From: Mobula birostris
Taxonomy: Eukaryota
DNA: 64,000 bases
NCBI RefSeq assembly: GCF_030028105.1
Contig: NC_092372.1
Coordinates: 49,914,034 to 49,978,033 of the forward strand
Direction: 5' to 3'
The position numbers and the translations under genes are program-made. The notes under the pieces were generated by a model. The model saw nothing but the letters and a program-made list of their open reading frames with translations. It was not told where the DNA came from and made no database searches. The stretch's first letter is position 1; each line of letters opens with the position of its first letter. Of the stretch, positions 27,542 through 39,760 are shown piece by piece.

Positions 27542-28267
27542 CTTCCGAAGGCGATGCCTCATAAAGGCGGGATCCATCATTAAGGATCCCCACTCAGGAC
27601 ATGCTCTCTTTTCATTACTACCATCAGAGACAAAGTATAGGAGCCTGAAGACACACAGTCACGTCTTAGGAACAACTTCCCCTCATCCATCAGATTTCTG
27701 AAAGATCAATGAACACCACCTTATTATTTTTGCACTACTTATTTAATTTATATTTCTTATTGTTATTTATAGTTTATTTTATCTATTGCACTGTATTGCT
27801 GCCACAAAACAATAAATTTTGCAACACAGGTCAGTGATAATAAACCTGATTCTGAAAAAGAAACAAGCCTGCCAAGACAGACGCAAGTGAAAACTATGAT
27901 TAACTTTTAACTTTTACAATATCAGAACAGCAGTGAAATTTACAACATAATAATGATTGAAGACAACATAAAATTAAGCTTGAGAGCCAAAATAGCATGT
28001 CTACTCAGAAGCTATATAGGTTGCCTCCTTTGGCAATCCTTTGGGGCAAAGTCCAGACAGGTTTACGAGAAAGATCCTGGAATGGCTGTTAACATGAGGA
28101 GTGTTTGATAGCTTTGGGCCTTCTATTTAATAGCAGAGAATATATACAATATACAACCAAAAATTCTTACTCTCCGCAGACATCAGTGAAGTAGAAGAAT
28201 GGCCCCAAAGAATGAATAACAGGAAAAACACGAGAACCCCTAATCCCCCCTCCCACGCACAAGCAGC

Positions 28268-28403
28268 NNNNNNNNNNNNNNNNNNNNNNNNNNNNNNNNN
28301 NNNNNNNNNNNNNNNNNNNNNNNNNNNNNNNNNNNNNNNNNNNNNNNNNNNNNNNNNNNNNNNNNNNNNNNNNNNNNNNNNNNNNNNNNNNNNNNNNNNN
28401 NNN
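28268..28403. other. Assembly gap (136 N)
   Basis: Run of n. Confidence 1.
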
Positions 28404-30787
28404 CCTCCACATTCCAGCTGAAAGCATCAACACCCCCCCGCCCACCATGCAAGCAACATCAACGCTCCCAAAGAGAGACCATGATCTACAGTTCATTGAA
28501 AACTACTGTTCACCCAACAATTCGAAATGCCACAAGCTCTCTCTCTCACTATCAAGGAAGACAGAGGTGATACTCCTTCCGCAGCGAGAGGGAGGGCGAA
28601 CAGCTCACTGTTTCAATGTTACAGTCTGCAGCACCACTTTTTTTTTTATGAGATCCCCAACTCATAGTTAGGGGAGAGCGAGGGGGAGAGAGAGATCACC
28701 CAAGTGCAAAGGCCTCCAAAAGCTGCACCTGCTGTCTCGATGTTCCGATCTCTCACAAACACTTCAGTTGGCAACACTGGCGAGGAATCGGGTCTACAGG
28801 GCTACGCCCCGAAGGCCTACATCTTCCAGGCTGCTCCTAGAGATATCGAATGTTTTTTTTTACCCCTGCAAATTCTTAACTCCACCCACAAAGATTCCAC
28901 ATCCTCAGACCCTATGTCACCTCTTTCTAAAGTTGTAATTCCATCCCTTACCAGTCGAGCCACACCACTGCCTATGCCTTCCTGACTGTCCTTTCTATAT
29001 AAAGTATACCCTTTGATGTTAAAATTCCAACTATGACCTGATCAACAAGCTCCAAGAACAGGAACCCACCAAGTTTGAATGCAGCTGTCGATCGCTGACT
29101 CCAATGGGACCCACCTTCCTTGAAAAGGAAAGAAGAGGCATTAGAGAGACAAAGAATTTAAACTGTTTCATAAAAAGGCTGGGAGCAGTCACCCTCTGCC
29201 ACCATTTTTAACTCCCACCTCCCCTTGTTGACATTTCTGAACGGTCAATAAACCCATGAACACTGCATCATTATTTCTGTTCTCTTTTTACACCACTTAT
29301 TTAATCTACATATATCTTTCCTATGGTTACTTGGTGGAGTTTAGAAGAATGGGGGTTGTGGGAATCCCGTTAAATATTGGAAAGACCAGATACAGTGGAC
29401 ATGGAGAGGACGTTTCTATTAGTGGGAAGGTCTAAGACCAGAGGGCACAGCCTCAGAAAAGGAGTATGTTCCTTTAGAACAGAGATGAGGAAGAATTTCT
29501 TAAGGCAGAAGGTGGTGAATCTGTGGAATTCATTGCCAAGACCAAGGTGGAGGCCAAGTCGGTGGGTATATTTAATTTTTGTAAGGGTGTCAAAGGTTAC
29601 ATGGAGAAGGCAGGAGAATTGGGTTGATGAGGATAATAAATTATCCATAATGAAATGGCAGAGCAGACTCGATGGGCCAAATGGCCCGATTCTGCTCCTA
29701 TATCTTGTGGTCTTACGATAGAATATAATGTGTTTCCACTTCTACCTCACTTTTTTAAATATACAGTATTTCTGTTTTTGCACATTTTTAAAATAATCTA
29801 TTCAATATACGTAATTGATTTACTTTTTTATTTATTATGATTTTATTTTATTTATTTTTTCTCTCTTTCTGCTAGATTATGTATTGTATTGAACTGCAGG
29901 CGCTAAGTTAATAAATTTCACGTCACATGCCGGTGATAATAAACCGGAATCTGATTTTGATTCTGATTCCGTTTCCCCAAGTGGCTGATCAGGCCAATTT
30001 GGGATCCACAGACCCTTGTATTGATGGGGCAGTTGGTGGCTGACAAGACAGGTAAATTGTGAGGTGGTGGAGGCTTTCTGTTGTTCACACACAGCTTTAG
30101 TGCATTTCCAGTGCAAGGAAGTTCATGAGCACATCCTCAAATCTTTTTCTCTGTCCAACTGTTAATCTATTCCCACAACAATATCTTGAATAGAGTTTTG
30201 GGAATCTGGTGTCTGGCATGTGAATGATATGGCCTGTCAAATTTAGCCGTCGAAGAGTAATTTGTGCTTCAGTGCTGGGGTTAAGTTTAGCGTTAGAAGC
30301 TTATGGAGATTTGGCATGTCATCAAATGCACTCACAAAATTCTACAGATACATTGCTGAAAGAATCCTGGCTGGCTGCGCGGTGGCCTGGCACAGCAGTT
30401 CCAATGCACAGGAAAGCAAGAGGCTGTGAATTATGGACACAATCCAATCCATTGCAGGCACACTCCTCCCCAACACTGACAGAATCTATAGGAGGCAATG
30501 CCTCAAGAAGGCAGCATCTATCATCAAGAGCCATACCCTCTTCTCACTGCTACCATCAGGCTGGATATACATACGTGTGAAATCTCACATCACCAAGTTC
30601 AGTATTCGAGATATTGACCAATGATAACCCTAACCCCATTTTAACAATGATATATTACGGACCTCTTCCACTGTCGTGGACTTGTTTCTGATGGCATCTC
30701 ACGTTTTTGCACTTGTTTTAGTGCAGTCATTTTCCCCCTCTTTACTGTATAATATATATTTTATAAATATAATATATATTTTTTTGT

Positions 30788-31325
30788 ATTTCCTGAGGAG
30801 ACTGAGGTCCTTTAACATCTGCCAGACGATGCTGAGGATGTTCTACGAGTCTGTGGTGGCCAGTGCTATCATGTTTGCTATTGTTTGCTGGGGCAGCAGG
30901 CTGAGGGTAGCAGACACCAACAGAATCAACAAACTCATTTGAAAGGCCAGTGAGGATGGAACTGGACTCTCTGACGGTGGTGTCTGAAAAGAGGATGCTG
31001 TCCAAGTTGCATGCCATCTTGGTCAATGTCTCCCATCCACTACATAATGTACTGGTTGGGCACAGGAGTACATTCAACCAGAGACTCATTACACGGAGAT
31101 GCAACACAGAGCATCATCGTGTGATTCCTGCCTGTGCCATCAAACTTTACAACTCCTCCCTTGGAGGGTCAGACATCCTGAGCCAATAAGCTGGTCCTGG
31201 ACTTACTTCCTGGCATAATTTTACATATTACTATTTAACTATTTATGGTTTTATTACTATTTATTATTTATGGTGCAACTGTAACAAAAACCAATTTCCC
31301 CCGGGATCAATAAAGTATGACCATG
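30788..31325 (+). mobile_element. 3' fragment of the same Rex1/Babar-like family
   Basis: Near-identical reverse complement of ~18985-19530. Confidence 0.88.
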
Positions 31326-31505
31326 CAACACACATCAAAGTTGCTGGTGAACGCAGCAGGCCAGGCAGCATCTCTAGGAAGAGGTGCAGTCGACGTTTCA
31401 GCACCTCTTCCTAGAGATGCTGCCTGGCCTGCTGCGTTCACCAGCAACTTCTATGTGTGTTGCTTGAATTTCCAGCATCTGCAGAATTCCTGTTGTTTGC
31501 GTTTT
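31326..31505. mobile_element. Fold-back mini-insertion of the Penelope pLTR (63-bp inverted arms plus ~40-nt tail)
   Basis: Arms 31325-31387 and 31401-31463 with 2 mismatches; flanking 15-bp duplication TAAAGTATGACCATG (31311-31325, 31506-31520). Confidence 0.85.
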
Positions 31506-32413
31506 TAAAGTATGACCATGACTATGTTTGTACTTACGTACCTGTAGTGAAGCTGCTGCAAGCAAGTTTTTCAATGTTCCTCACTGTACTTGTGTACGTG
31601 ACAATAACCCCTCCTTGACTTGGGATATTGATCTAAGAGCCACTTAACCTTCTGGTGAATTTGGAGAAATTTGTGGAAAAGGGCATTTGTGATATTTTTC
31701 AGTGCCTTGACATAACTGCTGTAGAAGCATTTCAGAGAAAAGAGATTACTACTTCTCAAGCTGCTTCACAAAATGTTACCAAATAAAATTTGATAAGGAG
31801 ATAAGAAGGTTGTTTAAAAGCATGGGTTTTAAGGAGTCTTTTCTGATAAGATTATACATAAAAATAGTTACAAACAATAAATTACCAAGCACACCTGTAG
31901 CTTTGAACCCTAGCAACCTCAATTTTTTTTCTCCTAGTTAACTATTATAATGAAGTGATGACAATCATGTATCAAACAAAATTTTACTCATACTGTACCA
32001 AATCATTTTATTAAATAGCAGATTCCCTTGCTGGCATAGTAAGAGTAGTAAGCTAGATAGTCCCTCGAAATTCAAGTGCACCTCATGTATTGACCTGCTC
32101 AGATACTTCTCTTAGTTGAGAAATACTTGCTGCAGTTGTAGCCCCGCAGTTTGTGAATGGAAGCATTATGAAAGAGCCGACAAAGAGCATTCTGAACGTT
32201 TGGAATTCTTTATGCCAGAGACTCCTGGATAACAAAGTTCTGAAATAAAAAATTCTCATTTGGGAAGCCAACTGTGATGGGGAACAGGCAAGAAAGCAAA
32301 GTTGAAGTCCATTATTAAGGACGAGGTTTCAGGGTACTTGGAGACTAATGATAATGACACAGAGGCAAAATCATTATTGATCCTTATGAATTTTGCCTCC
32401 GTGTCATTATCAT

Positions 32414-35231
32414 GACTGAAGATGCTGTGTATAAATGTGTGTAGCATTCAGAATAAGGTGGACAAACCCTTGCCGCAATTAGAGATTGGTCAGTATGACC
32501 TTGTGAGCATCACTGAGTCGTGGCTGAAAGAAGGTCATAGTTGGAAGTTTAACATCAAAGGATATACTTTGTATAGAAAGGACTGTCAGGCAGGCATAGG
32601 CAGTGGTGTGGCTCTGTTGGTAAGAGATAGAATTACAGCTTTAGAAAGAGGTGACATAGGGTCAGAGAATGTCGAATCTTTGTGGGTGGAGTTAAGAAAC
32701 TGCAAGGGTAGAAAAAACATTATGGAAATCATATATAGGCCTCCAAATAGTAGCCAAGATGTGGGGTTGAGATTGCAAAGAGATCTGGAAAGGGCATGTA
32801 ATAAGGGTGATGTCACAATTGTAATGGGGGACTTCAATATGCAAGGGGATTGGGAAAATCAGGTTGGTGTCAGATCACAAGAGAGGGAATTTGTTGAATG
32901 CCTACAAGATGGCTTTTAGAGCAGCTTGTGCTTGAGCCTGCTCGGGGAAAGGCTATCTTAGACTGGATGTTGTGCAGTAACCCGGATCTTATTAAGGAGC
33001 TTAATGTAAAGGAACCCTTAGGAGGCAGTGATTATAATATGATTGAATTCATACTGCAATTTGAGAGGGAGTAGCATATGTATATATGCATATCAGTATC
33101 GCAATGGAATAATGAGAGAGGAGCTTGCCCAGCTGGATTGGAGGGGATTACTAGTGGAGATGTCGGCAGAACAGAGCTGGTTGAAGTTTCTGGGAATAGT
33201 TCTCAAGGCACAGGGCAGATATGTACCATAGATGAAGAAGCACCCAAATGGCAGTACTAGGCAACCGTAGCTGATAAAGGAAGTAAAGGACTGCATAAAA
33301 GTCAAGGAAAGGGCATATAAGGTAGCAAAAGTAAGTGGGGAGTTGGATGATTCAGAAGTTTTTAAAATCCAACAAAGGGCAAATGAAAAAGCTATAAGAA
33401 GGGAAAAGATGAAATATGAGGGTGAAGTATCCAGCAATATAAAGCAGGATACTTAAAGTTTTTTTCTCAGTTGTATAAAGAATAAATGGGAGGTGAGAGT
33501 TAATATTGGACCACCAGAAAATGATGCTGGTAAGGTAGTAATGGGGGACAAAGAAATGGCAGATGAATTTAATAACTTGCTTCGGTCTTTACTATGGAAG
33601 ACACTAGTTGTATGCCAGAGATCCGTGAGTGTCAGGGAGCAGGAGTGAGTGCCATTGCTATTACAAAGGAAAAAGGTCTTAAGGTGGATAAGTCACCTGG
33701 ACCAGATGGACTACAGCCCAGATTCCTGAGAGAGGTTGCAGAAGAGATAACGGATGCATTGGTCATGTTCTTTCAAGAATAACTTGATTCTGGCATGGTC
33801 CTGGAGGACTGGAAGACTGCAAATGTCACTCCACTCTTTAAGAAGCGAAGAAGACAAAAGAGAGGAAATTATAGGCCAGTTAGTCTAACCTCAATGGTTG
33901 GGAAAGTGTTAGAGTCCATTATTAAGTACGAGGTTTCGGGGTACTTGGAGACTGATAATAAAATAAGTCAAAGCCAGCATGGCTTCTGTAAAGGGAAATC
34001 TTGCCTGACAAATCTGTTAGAGTGCTTCGAGGAAGTAACATGCAGGGTGGACAAAGGAGAAGAGGTGGATGTCATTTACTTGGATTTTCAGAAGGCATTT
34101 ATTAAAGTGCCACACATGAGGTTGCTTAGCAAGATAAAATCCTATGGCATGAAAGGAAAGATACTGGCATGGATAGAGGAATGGCTGACAGGCAGGAGGC
34201 AGTGAGTGGGAATAAAGGGAGCCTTTTCTGGTTGGCTGCCAGTGACTAGCGGTGTTCCTCAGGGGTCAGTATTGGGACTGTTGGGACTGCTACTTTTCAC
34301 ATTGTTTGTCAGTGGTTTAGATGATGGAATTAATGGCTTTGTGACAAAGTTTGCATTTGATATAAAGATAGGTGGAGGGGTAGGTAGTGCTGAGGAAGCA
34401 ATGTGATTACAGCAGGACTTGGACAAATTGGAAGAATGGGCAAAAAAGTGGCAGATGGAATACAGAGTTGGGAAATGTATGATAATGCATTTCAATAAAA
34501 AGAACAGTAGTGCAGACTATTATCTAAATGGGGAGAAAATTCAAACATCAGAGGTGCAAAGGGGCTTAGGATTCCTCATGCAAAACTCTTGGAAGGTTAA
34601 TTCACAGGTTGAGTTTGTGGTAAAGAAGGCAAATGCAAAGTTGGCAATTATTTCAAGGGGAATAGAACATAAAAACAAGGAGATAATGCTGAAGCTTTAA
34701 AAGACACTAGTCAGGCTGTACTTGGAGTATTGTCAACAGTTTTGGGCCCCTTATCTTAGAAAGGATGTATTGTGATTGAAAAGAGTCCAGAGGAGGTTTA
34801 TGAGGATGATTCCAGTAATGAAGAGGTTAACAAATGAGGAGTGTTTGGCAGCTTTGGGCCTGCATTCACTGAAATTTAGAAGAATGAGCAGATGGATGTG
34901 GAGAGGATGTTTCATCTGATGGGGGTATCCAGAACTCAAGGGCACAGACTCAAAATTGAGGAGCAACCTTTTAGAGCAGAAGTAAGAAGGAATTTTTTTT
35001 TAGCTAAAGAGTAGTGAATGTGTGGAATGCTCTGTCACAGATTGTGGTGGAGGCCACGTCCATGGGTATATTTAAAGTGGAATTTGATAGATTCCTCATT
35101 GGTCAGGGCATCAAGGGATGTGTTGAGAGGGCAGGTGTATGGGGTTGAATGGGATCTGGGATCAGCCATGATGAAATGGCGGAGCTGATTTGATGGGTAG
35201 ACGGTTTGATTCTGCTCCTATGTCTTGTGGT
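32414..35231 (+). mobile_element. CR1 LINE with near-complete but inactivated ORF2 (APE endonuclease and RT)
   Basis: ITESWL, MGDFN, KSPGPDG, NYRPVSLTS, QHGF, YLDFQKAF, GVPQGSVLG; 3' end TTCTGCTCCTATGTCTTGTGGT. Confidence 0.92.
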
Positions 35232-36754
35232 ATACCATCAAACAAAACAGCTGAACTCTGGGGCCAAGGTGCAAAACACAGTATCAATATTTGTACATAG
35301 CACAAGGCACATATAGCACATACAAGCACATTAAAAAATATAATCTAAGTCCGAGTCCATGAGTGTTGCAGCAGTTTGCTGTCGAACACAATATAACTTG
35401 TCTTCTGCCAAGCAAACACTGGGGGCTGCACCGACTCTAGCATAGACACCACGCCACATTGCCTCCGACAGTCCAGTGGAGCGCCCGATTCTGACGCCTC
35501 TCCCTGGGTGGCTGCAAATGGGCGACACAGCAGCTTGAGGGCCAGTCCTCACCATGACCAAGGCCGTGCAGCTCCCCTGGTCACCACTCTGTCACTCGCC
35601 AATAAACCAATGAATCCGACTTGCGGCATTCCACACTACCAATATCCAAAAGGATCTTGCAAACTCAGGAAAAGCACCTAGGATGATCACTCGCTGTAAG
35701 GCTGCACACCACCTTGGCACATTAACACTCCTCTGTCACAAGAAGCGTCACGGTCCGCATCACTGTCTGCTTCAGTCTCTCCACCAACAAGCAACTCACT
35801 GGTGGGGTAGACTTCAGTACTTTAAGTTGTTAATGTCCAGCAAAGTCTTGCGATTGTAGAATATATATTAAAAAAATACATTACACCTTTGGTTGACCCC
35901 ATAGAAGCTGTTGTGTCTGAGCATGTGGTCAACTTACTGGAAGTCCGAATCCTTTTATCCTTAGTAACCTTTATTGACTTAATGGCTTTTTTTAAAATGG
36001 GAAAGGGTTCATGTTTTAAAAGTAACACTAGTAAGGATCTCTGCTTATTTAATAAATGCTTTGATGTATGAATTAAGTTTGGTTTGGTACATGACTCTCA
36101 TCATCTTACAAAATGCTGATAAAATTATTCATAATTACATACAGAATTCCTCCCATGTGTTTTAACAAAAATTGTGCTCTTGTCTGGACTATGTGCTGAA
36201 TTTAGATTTTGAGAAGTAAAGCCATATAAAGCACATTGGGTATGTTCAATTCTGATAAACAAAAGAGTAGATATGATCTTTAGTTATATTGTGTGTTATG
36301 TCCCAGTCTTATCCAAATCAAATAAAATAATCTGATTTGTACAATCCAGATAAGTGTTACCAGATTGGCAATTTTTACCTTGGCATTCTTTCAAAACATT
36401 GCTGAGCGACGCAATAGAAACCATTGGAATTCATTGATGAAATGGGAGAATCTGTATCCAATGGTAGTCACCGAGTACTATTTATCACAGAAGATATCAA
36501 GAATACCAAAGTGCATCATGTGTTTCTTCAAGACCTGAACTTTCTCACTCCTCACACTCCCCCTCCTCATAACGAGTGGGCCACCAACAATCTTGATAAA
36601 TGGGTGCTGCTATGTCTTTACTGCACTTGGACTTTTGTTCTAAAGTCTTTCCTGAGATCACTTTGTCACCTTTATTATTCTTTGATTCTGATTATATTCT
36701 GATTCAGTCTTACCTGACTTGGAGCCCATTACTCACCATAGCTACATGTAGCAA

Positions 36755-36893
36755 ACTGGGTCCTGACGAAGGGTCTCGGCCTGAAACGTCGACTGCACCT
36801 CTTCCTACAGATGCTGCCTGGCCTGCTGCGTTCACCAGCAACTTTGATGTGTGTTGCTTGAATTTCCAGCATCTGCAGAATTCCTGTTGTTTT
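36755..36893 (+). mobile_element. Short Penelope pLTR/tail copy (hammerhead plus 3' tail)
   Basis: Near-identical to 31401-31500 and similar to the 27446-27541 end of the GIY-YIG element. Confidence 0.8.
36758..36794 (+). ncRNA. Putative minimal type I hammerhead ribozyme in a short Penelope-derived copy
   Basis: GGGTC-CTGACGA-A-GGGT CTCG GCCT-GAAAC-GTC-GACT: intact core, GUC cleavage triplet, stems I and II. Confidence 0.7.
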
Positions 36894-38844
36894 TGTTTCT
36901 TTTGCATCATAGTAACCATCAAAAAGCATTAGGAGTAATGCAACTCATAGCACATAAATAATTTAAATAGTGATATTATTACCAGCTAATGCTCCTTTAG
37001 AATGTTGCTGAAAGTAGTTTTTTTAAAGTTTTGAAAATCATTGTATTGCAAACAAGGGAGGTGTGTTTTGAAGTCTTGCATGTAAACTATACTTCCAGGT
37101 CACACACCTACCTGGAGAAATGCCACTAATGTTCCTGCAAAAGCCTCCAAATACACTGGGGATACATGGCAAATGGATTGTTTTATTGTTGTCTTGTTTT
37201 GTTCCATTGCTGCTGTTTATGTTGTCGTGTTGGACATTGTGGCACCGGAATGAGTGGCATCACTCGCCAGCTGCCCCCAGCACATCATTGGGTGTGTCGG
37301 TTGTCTATGCAAATGAGGTATTTCACTGTATGTTTTGATGTACATGTGATAGACAAATGTGAATCTAAATTCCTTAACCACTTCCTCTGGCAGCTCATTT
37401 CAGGGATTAAAAAATGTTACCTCTCAGGTCTCATTTAAAATTCTCCCCTCATATCTATACCTTAAGGTACCTTAAAATTGTTATGGCCAGGGATGGTAAT
37501 GAGGGTAAGCTCCCACTGCCCATTAAATGCTCCCAATGGTAGCAACTCAGATAGCCTCTGACAACCAAGTCCAACTCCTGGCCTTCATGTGTGGCCAGTG
37601 GAACTGTTTCTACTGACAGGAGAAGGGGCAAAGGTGGATTACCGACACCTTAAAACTTTGGGGAGGTAGATCTTGTCAGCTGTGGTTGACAGCTCATCTA
37701 GAAGGAAAACTCTGATCTCAAAACTCCTTTATCTCAAATACTCATTTAGGCGGAAGGCTTCGCGTGTAAACCCTGAGGAAAAATCCAGAGCTGGAGTCCC
37801 TAAGGCAGTCCTATGTTGACTGGCAACTCCTGTGATGCTGCTGGTGCCAAACTATATTGGTCTCTGCTGTTCCTTTGGGTTCATCAGATGGATGGAGAGG
37901 GGAGCTTGCTACATGGGCAACAGCTTGCTCTCCATATCGTACTGCACAGGCTTGTGTATCTAGACAACCAGGATGCAACATCCATGGTTGACCCTGACCA
38001 GCTGAGGTCCCTGATATTTGTTTCAGTGTCTGCTGGTTTTGGACTCCCCAATCCTGGAGGAAAGACTGACTATGCACCTTATGCATTCCCCTCATAAAGT
38101 TATAAAGTTCTGTGAGGTCATCTTCATTCTCCTGCATGTCAAGGAATAAAGATCCAGTGTGGCCAGTGTCTTTCTATAACTCAGACCCTCTAGTCCAGGT
38201 AGCATACTCATAAATCTCTTTTGCACCCTCTCCAGATGGACAATGACTTTCCTGTAACAGGATGGCCAAAGCTGTACAGAATACTCCAGGTGTGGCCTCA
38301 CCAACAACTTATATAACTACAACATAATGTCCCTATTCCTCAACTCGATACCCTAATTGATGAAGGCCAGCATGTTTCCTTCACCACCCTATCTACTTGC
38401 TTGGCTGCTTTCAGCCAACTGTGCACTCATCACCAAACTCTGGACCTGGGGAGTCAGCGACTCCCTCTGTAACTGGATCCTTGGCTACCCGACCAAGAGA
38501 CCACAATCAGTAAGGACGGACAGCAACATCTCACCACAATCATTCAAAACACTGGTGCACGATAAGGTTGTGTCCTCAGCCCTCCCACTCTACTCCTTGT
38601 ACTCTTTGACTGCATGGCCTAATTTTGTTGTACTTCCATCTACAGGTTCTGGAATGGTGTGACTATAGTGGCTGTACCTCAAATGACAATGAGTTGGAGT
38701 ACAGGAAGGAGATAGACAGCTTAGTAACATGGTGTCATAACAAGCTTTCTCTCAATATCAGCAAGACAAAAAAAAACTGGTCATTGATTCAGGAAGTACA
38801 GTGGTGTAAATGCTTCCGTCTATATCAATGGTGTTGAGCTGAGA

Positions 38845-39760
38845 GACCATAAGACATTGGAGCAGAATTAGGCCATCTGGCCCATCAAGTCTGCTCTGCC
38901 ATTTAATCATGGCTGATCCTTTTATTCCTATCTCCTCCTCAACCCCACCCAGTTCCCGGCCTTCTCCCCCAAACTTTTGATGCCATATTCAATCAAGAAC
39001 CCATCAATCTCTGTCTTAAATACACCCAATGACGTGGCCTCTACAGCTGCACGTGGCAATAAATTCCACAAATTCACCACCCTTTGGCTAAAGAAATTTC
39101 TCTGTATCTTTGTTTTGAAAGGGCGCCGCCTATTCTGAGGCTATGCCCTCTTGTCCTAGACTCTCCCATCAGGGGAAACATTTTTTCCAGATCTACTCTG
39201 TCTAGGCCTTCCAATATTTGAAAGCTTTCAATGAGATCCCTGCTCATCCTTCTGAATTCTAGCGAGTACAGATCCAGAGCCATCAAATGTTCCTGGTATC
39301 ATAAACCTTTCATTCCCTGGAATCATCCTTGCAAACTTCCTCTGGACCCTCTCCAATGCCAGCACATCTTTTCTAAGTTGAGGGGCCCAAAACTGTTCAC
39401 AGTACTCAAGGTGAGGCCTCACCAGTGTCTTATAAAGCCTCAGCATCACATTCTTGCTCTTATATTCTAGACCTCTTGAAATGAATGCTAACATTGTATT
39501 TACCTTACTGACTCAACCTCCAAGTTAACCTTCGGGATGTGCTGCACAAGGACTCCCAGGTCTCTCTGCATCTCAGATTCCTGGATTTTCTCCTCGTTTA
39601 GAAAATAGTCGGCACATTTATTTCTACTACCAAAGTGCATGCCCATGCATTTTCCAACATTGTATTTCATTTGCCACTTTCTTGCTCATTCTCCTAATCT
39701 GTCTAAGTCCTTCTGCTTCCTACCTGTTTCCTCAACACTACCTGCCCCTCCATCAATTTT
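38845..39760 (-). mobile_element. CR1 3' fragment
   Basis: ORF 39228..39494 RPHLEYCEQFWAP. Confidence 0.87.

Noticed and set aside
31325-31463. Possible pre-miRNA or MITE
   Set aside because: Arms are Penelope pLTR sequence found many times as single copies; asymmetric tail and long TSD fit retro-insertion
37490-37995. Repeat-like segment, possibly an RTE-type 5' region or SINE
   Set aside because: No diagnostic motif or second copy in the window to support a call
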